Below are positions 26,052-38,389 of a stretch of 64,000 bases of DNA, in pieces; the first letter of the stretch is position 1, and every line of letters begins with the position of its first letter. Source of the DNA: Klebsormidium nitens (taxonomy: Eukaryota; Plantae; Klebsormidiophyceae); assembly GCA_000708835.1 (NCBI GenBank), contig DF237097.1, forward strand, positions 28,815 to 92,814. The letters are read 5' to 3'. The position numbers and the translations under genes were made by a program. The notes under the pieces were generated by a model that saw only the letters and a program-made list of their open reading frames with translations, was not told where the DNA came from and made no database searches.

Positions 26052-28062
26052 ATGGCTATCAACAAAGGGACGAGAAAGTCTGGCAGCGGACTCGCAGTGG
26101 GGGGGCTCCTCCTGGCTGCGCTGCTAGCTGCGGTGGCCCCCCCCGCTCTGGCCAACCTGGATCCTGCCCAGTGCCCCTTCGAGCTGGGTTACAACCCGGT
26201 GTTCAATGCGGATGGCAGCGTTCTCTCCTGCGTAAAAGGTGAAAGAGTTATTGGCTCTGGCTAAAAAGTCTTTATTTATGGCTTCAAACATCCTGTCTTT
26301 TCGCAAGCGTTTATGCTTGTTAAGAGGACGGTAGGTTTGGATCTTGGTACTGAAAGTGCAGCAAGATCTTATGGCCTTTGTTGACTGGCTTCAGATTGGT
26401 TGGGTTCACAACCGGTATCGGTACATGCCTGTTGCAACTGAAGCTGTTTGGTCAGATTCGTTTCAACCACCGAATAATGGCCAGCTGTTCCAAAGAAGGA
26501 TAAGATCTGCTCAGGAAGAGGGCGCGGCGCGCGAAACTTGAACCGGTACAGAAGGTTGATGCGCACAGATGCAGATCAAGGGCCTTCCACCCTGGCTGGT
26601 CCCTTCCTGATCTCTGACTGTGGGACTTCCCTCTACTGACTTCACCGGTTTCTGGCCTGCTCCCCTTCCCACTCAATATTCCGACCATCCTATGATTCAA
26701 CCCTCGAACGTTTTTTACGATTGCGGTATCTCCTCGTTTCCAGTACAATCAGGAGTCGCTCTTCTTCAAAAACACCGCCCCGAAAAGGTTCGGAAGACAA
26801 TGCCCACGTGATTTGACCATTCAATTTCGGTTTTGTTTGACCGTCTCGCTCCTTCTTGACAATCTTCCTCCAGTCTAACCTCGCCTTTCACCCCACTTCC
26901 TAACAACCACAGAGAGAGGTCAGCGTTATTCAATCTCCGTTCGTGGTCGTTTCAGTGACGTTCTACCAAGCGAGTGTGGTTCACATCCGGTTCGATGGCT
27001 TTCAACAAACGTGGTCAAAAGCAAAAGCTTCCTCTGTTCAATGGTTCTCCAGCTTTAACCTCGCCTAAACCCCTGCAGGTTCGGAGAAGTTTGAGGTCGA
27101 TCAACCCAATGGCATCCTCGCGCGCTCCCTCCGCGGCATCGGAACAAGCCTCCAGTCCATCCAGATCGCTGCGACGCAACTAGACCTGGCGACTTTCGCC
27201 AAGTTCCAGGATCCCCAAGTGACGTTCTTCCTGCAGGACGGCGTCCCCCGCACTGCGGGAGACCCCGTCCTGGTCGCCTTTTTGTTCGACCCGGCCGTCT
27301 TCACGTACGCGCCTGGCGTGGACGTGCACAGCATCTTTGAGGTGAGTTTGTTGGTACATATATCTTCGTTTATGCAAGTTGAGGTTTGTTGGTGTGCGTC
27401 TCATAATAATCGGGATGTCGGTTGAGGTAAATATGGCTTGGAAGCTGAATTCTTTCTCCTGGTTGTCAAGCGTGCCCGAATTGTAACGGTGATCAAGTTT
27501 TCTTCAAGACTTTTCCAAGTGGTTCAGCTCGAGATAAGCGATCAGGAGGTTTACGTCCGGAAGAAACATTCTGGTGTCTCAAGCATTCAGAGCTCGACGG
27601 CTCGTCCATCCGCTCATGCCAAAGGTCTTGATATCCGTCGCTCGTCCACAGCAACGAAGCCACAACGTTTGACTCATATTCTTATGACGTGCTCTTTCTT
27701 ACTGTACTGTCTCATTGCAAGAATGTCTGGAAAAACGCCCCGGTTTCGCACCTTGTGGCAAGCCTGGATACGCATCGACCGCCCCTGCTTCGCAGCTGTT
27801 GCACCATTCCTTTGCGTGCTTAGCATTCTCGACTAGAACTTTCAACCTGGTGTTAAATGTCATTTCTGACTTACAGGTGTCCAACTACAAGTTCCTGGCC
27901 GGCAGCCCCACCAGCGCGTCCCTCCACGTCAGGCTCATCACGCAGACGTCATACGTGGATTACGACAGCGTCTGGCGCTTCAATGACGTCGGCGACCCGT
28001 CCGGCAAGAAGCTGTGGCAGCTCTTCCAGGCGTTCAACCTGGTCGTTACGCCGCGCAGCTAA
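26052..28062 (+). CDS. Secreted protein of unknown function, ~211 aa, possibly NTF2/SnoaL-like fold
   Basis: Exons 26052-26238, 27079-27341, 27877-28062 with consistent phases and GC3-rich codons. The N-terminus has a signal-peptide pattern (..LAVGGLLLAALLAAVAPPALA-NLD). The fold assignment is a guess from the sequence pattern. Confidence 0.75.
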
Positions 28063-29933
28063 TCTTTAGGCTTCCGTCTGGTGTAAATTAAAGAGTGCTA
28101 ACCTGGCTTTTTAGTTTGAAGAGTGAGATAAGATTGCCCTACAAAATAGTTGTTCGTGCCCGTTGCGAGTTATGATTCATTACATTGGATGAGCTTGGGG
28201 CCTATGGCTGCGCGCAGGCACGGACTCTTGCTGAAGAGATTTGAAAAGCAATTTGCATAAAAGCGAAACTTCTGTAGAGCTGGTTAGAGGATTTTGTGCA
28301 CACATATTGCATTTTGAATCTGCCTGTACATGTGACAGAATGCATGGAATTCTTTATCTCAACTTGACCCCCTTGATCGGAACACGTATTGAAACTCCGA
28401 GACGACAGGTGCTTCTTTCGGCTTGGCCGAATTACTAAGGTGCCATGTTCCATATGTAGATAATTCATCCGAGATCCCGACACGAGAACGTTGTGCAAGG
28501 TCTTGTGTCACTCTTCCGGGGCAAACCTTTGCTAGACAACAGGAAACGAACAAAGTTGAGTCGGTGCACAGGTGCACAGGTGCACATGTTGGAAGCCCTC
28601 TTACGTAGGCCGGTGATCTGCTTGTGTACAACAGATCGACTCTTAAGCCTATGTACCATGAGCTTCACATGGTTCTGTGATCCGACATGCTGCCGTGCAT
28701 ATCGGCCCATGGCTGCGTGATCAAACTATGTACTTCGTTCGATCCTCGATGCATGCTGCTCATGCAAGCATGCTTTCGACTTGAACATATGCAAGTGGAG
28801 CCGGCCGGGCGCGATTGCTGTGAATTATAATCAATGATATGAGCGGTAATACAAGGGCAACGATAAGTGCGCAAAAGTGGACCGGCGTCATTGGGCTATA
28901 TAAATTCAAAGGTACCGTCTTGGCGCTCAAGGAATCATAAGCTGCATTTGCAGCATGTCCAACAGCTCTAACTCTTTCTATGACACCGTTCAAACCAGTC
29001 GTTTGGATCCTTCGGGGGGCGTTGTGGCATGTAGAAGTGGCACTTCACCGCAATGGCATGTGCAATGCCCACATGCCTGGCCGTTCGACGCAGTGTACCC
29101 GGCATGGACTTGGACGGGCCTCACCGTTCAATGCTCGGATGCATGGACCCGCCTCGATTGGCGGTGAAATCTTGCAAAGGCCTTTTCGCCCAAAGAAGCA
29201 AAGAACCGCTACTCCACTTGATAATCAAACATTATCCGTCAATACACGCATCAATTCTAATCGCTGTACACCCCAAACAGCCTTAGGGGACCCGCAATTG
29301 TTGCCTTGTTGCAGGACTTAGTGACCTCATGTGACTTGCTGTCGATCACCGTCGATTAAAAACTCATCTGTGATTGCTCGACATCTGCCGAAACTTCACG
29401 AATTCGGTTGCCGAAGATATACTTAAGCGCCCCTCGTGTGAACGAAGTTTTGGGCCTCTACAGGGCCTCTACTGGGTCCGATTAGAATATTTGTAGCTGC
29501 GCTCCCTACGCCATCCGCCTACTCAGGTGCTTCGTCCCTGCAGGATTGGAATCTGCGGTGCTGTGAACGGGAAACGAGATTGACACAGCAGCACAACACA
29601 AGGATGAATGTAACCGATTCGAATGCTCAAAATCATATGCAACATGCTAGAGTTCGTATCGTGTCATGATTCTGGCAAAATGAGCTGGAAGAGGACTCCT
29701 CTAGGATATACGTCAGCAAGCTTGACTCAGCAGATTGAAAGGTAAAACGACACAGGAACTTCAGCGACAGTTTCTAAGGTGCAAGACTTGACAACACGGA
29801 GACTTCTGGATGGATCTGAGGCTGCACAACACATGCATAAGAAGGACTTCGACAATGGGCGTAGACCATGAAATGCAAACGTTCACTTTGACGTTTCGTG
29901 CGTCAAGAGTCTCTGAGCCAAGGCTGGATTTAC

Positions 29934-31502
29934 TCACTGTTTGACGAGGCTTTCTAGAAAGACTTGCAGGGCCGCCGTGTAGGGCCTCGCAATCTTATAC
30001 GAGCTGTAGCCGACAGCGAAGATGAGGGAGAAGGCGCAGATGTCTGTTCACAAGTCAAGGATGTACAACTTGCGTGGAAGGAGGGTGTAACTCTCAGGTC
30101 GAAAGTTTCAACGTGCATGACAGCTGGAAAGAGACACTCTAAAAACGAGCCTCTCATATTGAGTTGCGAAAAAAACACACTTGAGATGTTACAGATTCGA
30201 AGGTTGGATCGACGAATCTGCTGCCGAATACAATGATTGACCCTCTGTCTCGGATTGAAGAACGCCATATGTGCCACCTCCAAGAAACTTGAAACGTTTC
30301 AAGGACGATCGTCAGATCATCATGAAAAGAAGGGCCGTCGGCACGTGGTCTGCATTGCGTGTGCCTGGGAAATTCGACCAACTTATCATGTGAACAACGC
30401 TTTGGTCAGCAAGCAAGTATGAAACGACTTGAGAGATGCACCTCAATCTCAAAACAAGCAATAAGATGCACGGAACGTCAATCTCTCAGCCAGAGCAGCT
30501 GTTGGACGATTTTGGAGGATACTAAAGAGCCACCGCTCCCATCGGTCCAGCATGTACAGCCCAAAAGTGACGTTGTACTGGAAGATCTTCACATCGATCC
30601 AGTGAACAACCTGCCCAACCAAGCCCAGTTTCCGCTGCTCCTCTTGCTCCGTCACCTGATCGGAGGCCAGCTCCCTTTTTGTGGTGGACGGAAGCTCATC
30701 CTGCAAAGCACGGCGTATGGGGAGATATTGACAGTTCGCTAGAGTGCTTTTGCAAGTTTGCGCCCCCGTTGGTGCTTTCAACGTGCAAACGAAGTTGCTA
30801 TCTTTGGATGGTACAGAAGTAGAAGTTGGCTGGTGGCGGTGAACAGATTTGGGCATGTCTGCTTGGCTTCCTTTTCTGCCACTCTATCTAAACGCACTCT
30901 TCCCTGCGCCACTTTCATATTGCACAGGGGCACTGGTTCAAAAGCTTTCAATCAAGTTTGCAATTCACATATTCAGTCCAAACTTTGAGATCTACTGGCA
31001 CTGTTAAACTTCTTCTGATTCGTTTCAACCACACACTTTGCTAGGCATATGCATAGCCCCAACACAAGGTCTGTGGATAATTGAGATTGATTTACGGATT
31101 CAACCACCTTCTATCAGCCAGCTGCGGCGTTTTTCGAGTGCGGACCCCCCACTAGCGTCTTGTTAGAAGCCCGGCACCGGGACTTCAGCTGAGCTGGTGG
31201 TGTGAATATATTGAAGGTGCACCAATCCATGTACTCAAATCGGGCTTGAATGGAAGACGAGCATAACAACAATCACAAACTTAAGCACTTACCTGTGCTG
31301 ACGCGTACACGTTGGCTTCTTGCTTTGCAGCGGGCTGTGCGCCCTTCTCTTTCTTCTTCCGAGAACTTTTTGGGCTCTGCACATCAGGCACGGCAATGTC
31401 TTCTTCTGAGGGCGCCTTCCCCTTGCTTTTTCGGCGTTGTTTGGACCGCGTCCTGACGCCTTCGTCTGGCTCAGGACTGTCCAGCACCGCAAACGAGTTC
31501 AT
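29934..31502 (-). CDS. ssSPT: Serine palmitoyltransferase small subunit-like (DUF3317) with a long N-terminal extension, ~165 aa
   Basis: Exons 31502-31293, 30700-30523, 30043-29934. Motif WIDVKIFQYNVTFGLYMLDRWERWLF|N followed by a hydrophobic ICAFSLIFAVGYSSY segment. The use of exon 1 is inferred. Confidence 0.8.
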
Positions 31503-32122
31503 TGCCCCTGACACCCAAAGCAAAGCCTGATTCGTGTGTATTCCGCTGCCTTTGAGATCTAGAGCTCCACTTGTGCCTGATTTGCAAATCTCTCTTCCGA
31601 TTGAATTGCGCGCTCTCAATGGAGACCCTGCGAAGGCTGCAAAATCTAGAATGTCTTCTTCGGCGCAGGCCTGAGCAACTAAGCGTGAAAAAGCATCCGT
31701 TTGACAGCCGCAATTTGGAAAGCAAGACGATATCCAGGTAAGGACAACAGCAGAGCGCCTTCAGCAGAAGAGCGCTTCCGAATGCACGAAGGCTGACATC
31801 ACGTTCCAGCAGCAAATGGGGCGCCAGGCTGGCGCCAGCTTTCTGGCGCCGAATCTGAGCATTCGGCTCGGCTTTTAGGGTTCTACAGATCAATCTAAGG
31901 TTTAGGGTTCCCATCTCTCCACTTCCGTACTTGGAGCCAGAACAGATCTCCAGATTGGGGCGTTGTGGCGCTTGGAGTTGGAGTATTCAAGCCAATCGCA
32001 GCTCTGAACAAACTTCTCAACTGAACAAAACGGGATCAGCGCTTTGGCATGTGCATTTCTCACTGCAACGACACGCCAAGGTCAGGAAGAGCTTTTCGCG
32101 AGATTCTATTCTTTTAGTTACA
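31503..32122. promoter_or_regulatory. Putative bidirectional promoter (ssSPT / CLP1) with two telo-box-like motifs
   Basis: A 620-bp head-to-head gap containing TTTTAGGGTT at 31873-31882 and TTTAGGGTT at 31901-31909 (AACCCTAAA on the minus strand). Confidence 0.45.
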
Positions 32123-35100
32123 ATGTTAGCACCATTCGCTGCAAACAATGGCTTCCCTGCAGACAGCAAGGTCTACAAGTTGGAGAAAGAGAGTGAGCTG
32201 AGATGCGAGGTGAGAGATCGACAGACAATGCTGTGAACGAGTCTGGAGAATGACCGTCCTGCAATTGATGGTCTTGGTGTTGTCCTGGGTGCTTCAAATT
32301 GACGAGCTTCGATCAATTTTTGCAGCTTTTATGATCTTCAAAAGTGTCATTTCAAGGCTTCTTCTAGCTTTCTTGAAGATAGAGATCTTGCGCACATCAA
32401 CCACATCAACCACTACCAAATCACTTTCATATGCCGCCTTGAGTTTATGGCACTAATTGCAATCCGCTTTTGGTCATATTATCTTGCTCGAGCACAAGTG
32501 AAGTCATGTCTTGCAGATGGACCAGGTTCTGCTTGGTTTCATTGGGTCAGACTTTATGTTACTGACTGAAACGTGGTCATGACAGCGAGCACGCACTGTG
32601 TGAAGGGGCTAGGATGAGTGCTTGAAAATGGTATGAGCAACACAATGTCACTTGATGTAATTTTAAGACATAAGCACGACGTTTGCAGGTCCCTTGGGAT
32701 GGCCAGCTGACCGTAAAGCTGCTGGAGGGCGTTGCAGAGATCTTTGGGACCGAGATTGCTCAAGGCCAGGAGCTGCACTACAGAGGTGGCGACAAGTTTG
32801 CTGTAGGCGCACTGATTGATCCTTCTATTCTCCTTCAATCCTTGCCTGCTAATTCGCCTTTGCTGTAGTCCCAGGAAATGACTTGCACCTCAGAGGTCAA
32901 CCCCCCACAATCGGAGGCAATCTCAAAGTGAAAGCTTTCATCAAGTAGTTCAAGCTTTAAAAGAAACCTCAGATCCACTCGTTAAAGGAATGGTGGCACA
33001 GATAAAGCATAGACTACTCCAAAGAAACTTGTTTCGAGTCTTGGACACTGTATCAATGCAAATTGCGCTTTGCAGGTGTTTACATGGTATGGCGCTACTG
33101 TGGAGATAACTGGTCAGCCAGAGGTCAGCTATGTGGCAGATGAGGTGAGGCGTCAAGTTGACCACCTCAGCGCAGATGCCATAACAACTGAGAAGATGTA
33201 GTTTAATCAGAGCTTGATGAAAAGGCTTTACTTTAAGAAGTGCAGCTGTAGCAAGGAAGAAGGATATGCAAGCATCCACTCATTGTTGCTTTGAAGATAG
33301 AACCTAGCCTTGCTTTTCTGGAACCAAAGGCAGATTCCACAATCGGGTTTGGGAACTGCGCTTCAAGGGCCCGACTTTTGCCATCTCTCCAGATACAGGT
33401 CCATAGTCGTTCAAAGCTTCAGAGAAAGGCAATTTGCTGACCCCCCGCAGACTCCAATGGTGAGCTACGTCAACACGCACGCAGTCCTGGAAGCCCGACG
33501 GCAGTCTGCTCGCGAAGCGTCCAGCGTCGACGGCGGTGCTGCTGGGGAGGAGACGCAGGGGCCGAGGACCATCATCGTTGGACCAACGGATTCAGGTGCA
33601 TGTTTTGTTCCCAGCCTCCTTCCCTGATTGGGGTGATGATGAGAGGCCCTAAAAATGGACTTGATGCTCCAGCCAGGCCCTGCTTTACGAGCTCGGACCC
33701 CTTCAGAGGAGACACGTTTTTATATGCGTTGCTCGTTGTTCCTCAGGAACGCGAGAGGGTAGGACATGACCTTTTTCTTCTTCGAGTCTTTCTGATGCAG
33801 CGACCGCCTGCGACGCTTATTCCCTATTTCCCTGTGCTTGGTCGTCGCTTTTCGGCCGATCTGAATTATCCATGGGCGTTTCGGAATCATGGCGTACTCC
33901 TCAAGGGCTTTATTCTGTATTATCATTCAAAAGAGAAGTCGTTGTCCCTTTTCCTTATTTTGTCAGGGACTTCCCTCTCGTCCCTCGTCAGTCCCCTCTA
34001 TTCCTCTCCTTCTTTTCCTACCACAGGCAAGAGCACGCTCTGCAAGATTCTCCTCACCTACGCCGCCCGCCTTGGCTGGAAGCCCACTCTAGTTGACCTC
34101 GACATCGGGCAGGGCCAGATCAGCATCCCGGGAACCATAGCAGCTACGCTCGTCGATAAGCCGGTGGACCCAATCGAGGGATACGAGATGGAGTCCCCGC
34201 TCGTATACTTCTACGGCCACGTGAGCCCGTCCGAGAACCCGGACCTGTACAGAACGCAGGTGGAGCAGCTGGCGAGCATGCTGGAGCGGCGGTTTGCGGG
34301 GAGCGCTGAGTATCGGAACGCCGGTGAGGTGTCCAAAGAAAGTCGGGGACCGTTCCTTTGTCGTAACCCTTTTCTTTTCGTCCGAAAACCTTTTCCTGTT
34401 GTCGATTAGCTTTTGAACTTTCTGACCTACTGCCTCCGTCAAAGTGCTTGCTTTCCTGTGGGACAGCCTGTCCAGAGTACGATCTGCTTCATTCGAACTG
34501 CAGACACAGAAACGAAATAGTTTTTCCGTCTTTGTTTCCAGATCCCAAAACGGATTCAAAGTCCTTTATGTTCCGCTTCGAAATACTCTGGGTGATACCT
34601 TTCATCCAAATTGTTGGGTCTCCCTGTCTGAACGACATTCTTGCGTCCGCACAACATCTCCTCCGAACATGGTAGCCTGTCCGAACAGCACTCCTTTTCG
34701 TCAAACCAGCACTGCTTACGTCCGAACAACAGTCATTTCCGTCCGAACGGCACTCCCTCCGTCCGAAAAGAGTCCCTTTCCGTCCGAACAGCAACTCCTT
34801 CCCGTCTGAATCGAACTCCGTTCCGTCCGAACAGGCGCCGTCATTAACGCCATGGGCTGGGTCGAGTCCCTCGGCTACGAGCTGCTCCTCCACGCCATCG
34901 AGACCTTCCGCATCGACGTCGTTCTCGTTATCGGCCAAGAGCGCCTCTTCAGCCAGCTGTCGTCACAATTCCACGGGCGCACGCGACCCGACGGGAGCCG
35001 AATCGACGTCGTGAAGCTGAACAAGTCCGGAGGAGTTGTGAACCGCAACCCGAAGCACCGGCAGCGCACGCGCACCTCGCGCGTGCGAGAGTACTTCTAC

Positions 35101-36020
35101 GGCATCGCTGGGGACCTGAGCCCGCACGCGATGACCGTCAGTTTTGCGGACGTCCAGGTGAGGGCTGGGGGACGCAGGATTTCATGGCAGAGCTTAACGT
35201 GTTAGAGTGCCGCCAGTTTGACCTCCATACGCTGAGCAGTGGTCCATTTCTTTGAAGTGATACTAGTCTGACGTCCATAGCTTTTACGATTATGTAGCCG
35301 CAGACTTACACCACCCGTAAGAAGTTGCCCGCCGAGGGGCTCCTCGTAAAGACAGCGAACATACTGTGCTAGCCGATCGTAGACATGCAACGACACGGGT
35401 ATTCTTCGAGGTAATCAAAGCAAAAGTTCAGATCTTGTGCATATGCATCTGTTATGCGTCCTAGCATTTACCTCGGCATCAAAAACAAGAGCTCTTCTCT
35501 CGTAGAGCCTGACAACTTCAAATCGGTCGGCCAGCCGGCTTCAAGGAGCGTGTAGCTGTAGAGTAGGCGTTTTTTGGTTGGCCTCTACAAGGCGGTCTCT
35601 ACGCTGCTCGAGCTGGCAGCACGCTTTCGGGGCCTGTTTCACTTGGAGTTTTTGCCTTCTTGAAAAGAACGAACGCAGAAAACGTTTGTTTGATCCACTT
35701 TGTGCCTTCCTGTTGGACAGATCTACCGGATAGGCGGCGGACCGAAGGCACCATCGTCAGCGCTTCCCGTTGGCGCCCAGTCGCACGCCGACCCAATCAA
35801 AGTCACTCACGTGTCCATCAGCAAAGATCTGACGCATGCCGTGCTCGGAATCTCATACGCAGCTTCCGCAGAGCAGCTTCTTTCCAGCAACGTGGCGGGG
35901 TTCATTTATGTAACAGAGGTTGATACGATGAAACGGACGCTGACGTATGTAGCCCCCTCGCCTGGTCCCCTGCCCAACAATCTGCTCCTTGCAGGCAGCT
36001 TGATGTGGGTAGAACATTGA
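32123..36020 (+). CDS. CLP1: CLP1 polyribonucleotide 5'-hydroxyl kinase / mRNA cleavage factor subunit, ~444 aa, 7 exons
   Basis: Exons 32123-32209, 32689-32802, 33076-33144, 33451-33595, 34027-34323, 34835-35157, 35721-36020. Motifs LEKESELRCE, AVFTWYG, Walker A GPTDSG|KST, DLDIGQG, INAMGW, KSGGVV..REYFYG and APSPGPLP. Confidence 0.95.
34626..34834 (+). repeat. ~20-bp degenerate minisatellite, about 10 units, whose last unit is the CLP1 exon-6 splice acceptor
   Basis: Repeated (C)ACTCC..CCGTCCGAAC(AG) units; the array ends in CCGTCCGAACAG|GC at 34834/34835. Confidence 0.85.
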
Positions 36021-37069
36021 TTGCTAGCGACGTACTAACTTGGAAGACTGCTAACACTTACAGCCTGGTACCATTCGATGTCACTTGTATCTGCTGCGCG
36101 CACAAAAGCCGACCGATCAATTGCTAGGATCTGCAGTAAGATTTCTTTCAGGTTCTTCGTTCTTGCGAGAAGTACGCCACCCGACCTGCACTCGGGTTAT
36201 CAGAGAAAGTACAGGTCGCATAAGTTGCATGAGCAATTGCGCATGTTCTATGATAGCACATGCAAGAGATGAAGAAAATCAAGGCCCCTGGTTTCAACGA
36301 CATACGCGGCGTCGCCGTGTGCGCAGGCTTACGGCTGCCATTTCAGATGAGTCATTCAATGCGTGTAAAAGTGATGCATGCCCTGTACAGTATTATGCAG
36401 CTATTATATCTGCTTCTAATTGACCAGACCCGGATAGATGGAGGCACGGATTGCGCAAACAGATCATGCATACGGGCCTATACCGATCAAGTACGTCGAG
36501 TATTTGCGTTGCTTTGCGAAAACTTTATTGGCTAAGCCTGGGCCACAGCCGGACCGCCCAACTTATAGCCGCTTGGGGACTCGAACTTCACTTTGCCGCA
36601 CGCGCCCATGCAATGCAAACGCAGAGCCTGAGTTTGATTGCTACATGCCTCCCGTTACAACTTACACAGAGCTTGTAACCTAAGTAGGAACATAATGAGG
36701 TGCAAGACCTAAGCATTTGTCGAGATTGTTTCGATCAATCCATGTTGCATATGTTAACTCATGCCTGGTATGTCAAGCTAACTCCGGCGCAGCTTGTGTT
36801 CATGGTCATGGGGTTTGACCTTTGCTGATTGTTATTGATTGGATCGGACAAACGAATTGCCATGGCCATCCGTTCCACACGCGCGTTCAAAAAGCTTACA
36901 GTTCTATGCACCGAAATTACGTCCGACATTCTATGCATGCCTTTGCCAGGACGCAATTGAACCACTAAGATGCCCTTCGGATGCTTCATGCACTAATTAG
37001 AACAATTGGCACTCTCTATATTCCTCCGTATCCTCGCGGTTGGTCACTAGCACACAAAGTGGTCGTTAT

Positions 37070-38389
37070 TCACTTTCCGAAAGGCTTCTCTCCTTCTGAC
37101 AAGCAGTGTTTCTTGAGCGCTGGCCAGGGGAGCTTTTGGTGCTCTTTGCTGCAGATACACAATTCAGATCTTAGATTGCTCTTGCCAAGATTTCTCGACA
37201 TCTATGGTCATTTTGAGATTCCCTAGCATCACCTCAAAGCGGTTTCGCCGCAAGCAGAAGGGCGATGAGACATCGGAGCGAGCAGAACTGTAGCTGTTAG
37301 TAGCCAAGAACGATGCTTCCTCCTTCTACACCAGATTCAGCTTCCAACAGTGAAGCAAGCGGAATGCACGCAGCGCGAAAAAGAATGAGGATTTGTTGAT
37401 TGGTACCTCACCTGCAGTAGGGAGCCACACCGCATCGCCCGCACCTGATAAAAGCTGTTGTTGAGTCCGACTCTAGAGCAGTACAAGTTTCCCAAGAGCA
37501 AACAGTTGGGAGGGCAAATGCGGATCTTCGCAGTCTCTTCCACATAGGATGTGATCCCAGAAATTTGAGCAGATCCTGCTCTTTGCTACAGGCATATTTT
37601 GACAGCCTGTCCTCGACGTAAGTCCAGAAGCCGGGAATGGCCTTGTCCAACAGGATGGAGTGCGTTTTCAAAAGCGTGAACAAATCCGACTCCCTCATCT
37701 TCTCGAGACACTCCTTCGATTCGATTAACCGCAGGAACGAGAAAGCACATTTGAGCATGACGATGTCCTTTTCTTTGTGGACGGACCTTTCGGAACGGAC
37801 GAGCTCTGTCAAAACTTGAAGATACCCCAATCATCCATACTCGGCTGTCTGGCGAGAGCGACAATGTCTGGCCAGTGACTCCATTGAAGCGCAGATGTCT
37901 TCGTGACTCAGAAAAGAATATTGGTCCGAAAGCAGGCTCTGGACCTCAGGCAGCAGTTTCATGTTGCCTGCCTGCATCTTTTGCCGAAACAGCTTCGATG
38001 CCTGAGCATAAATGCAGATACTTTGAAGAGTGCACTTGATCTCTGCGGAAAGAGCGCTGACCGCTTCAATACGCGCAACCGCTTTCAAGAGACTGAGCGC
38101 CAGCTTTTCAAGAAACTCCTCATTGATCAGGCACACTTGCGCTACTACTTTGCTGGTCGCCAACCTTGAAAGGACCACGATCAAAGCAGCCTGGGTGTTC
38201 AGGTCTTGTGTATGTTTGACGAGCAGATCTGGCAAAGCACAGACGTCCGTTGCACGAATTGCGCGACCTCTCCCAGAACTCGTCAAGAACTTTCAGGGCT
38301 TCCAGGAACTTGGAAGGACCGTCAGACAGAAACCCGGAGGCGCATCTCTCCACAATCGCCGGGTCCATCGCTGGCGGAGCGGACGCCAT
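37070..38389 (-). pseudogene. Probable pseudogene: helical (ARM-like) region + C-terminal MYND zinc finger
   Basis: ATG at 38389; a frameshift near ~38290-38250; an in-frame TGA at 37831-37833 followed directly by the same open frame. MYND start CSWETC..RCGRC..YC with a donor at 37411, then a last exon 37148-37070 reading SKEHQKLPWPALKKHC, where the His ligand is Leu (CTC, 37115-37117). Confidence 0.7.

Noticed and set aside
28760-29321. Short ORFs between the secreted gene and ssSPT, one with a hydrophobic stretch
   Set aside because: They have no ATG-led spliceable model and no motif; they may be degraded sequence but cannot be supported.
37831-37833. In-frame TGA as selenocysteine or readthrough
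   Set aside because: The same locus also has a frameshift and a lost zinc ligand, and no SECIS was recognised; decay is the simpler explanation.
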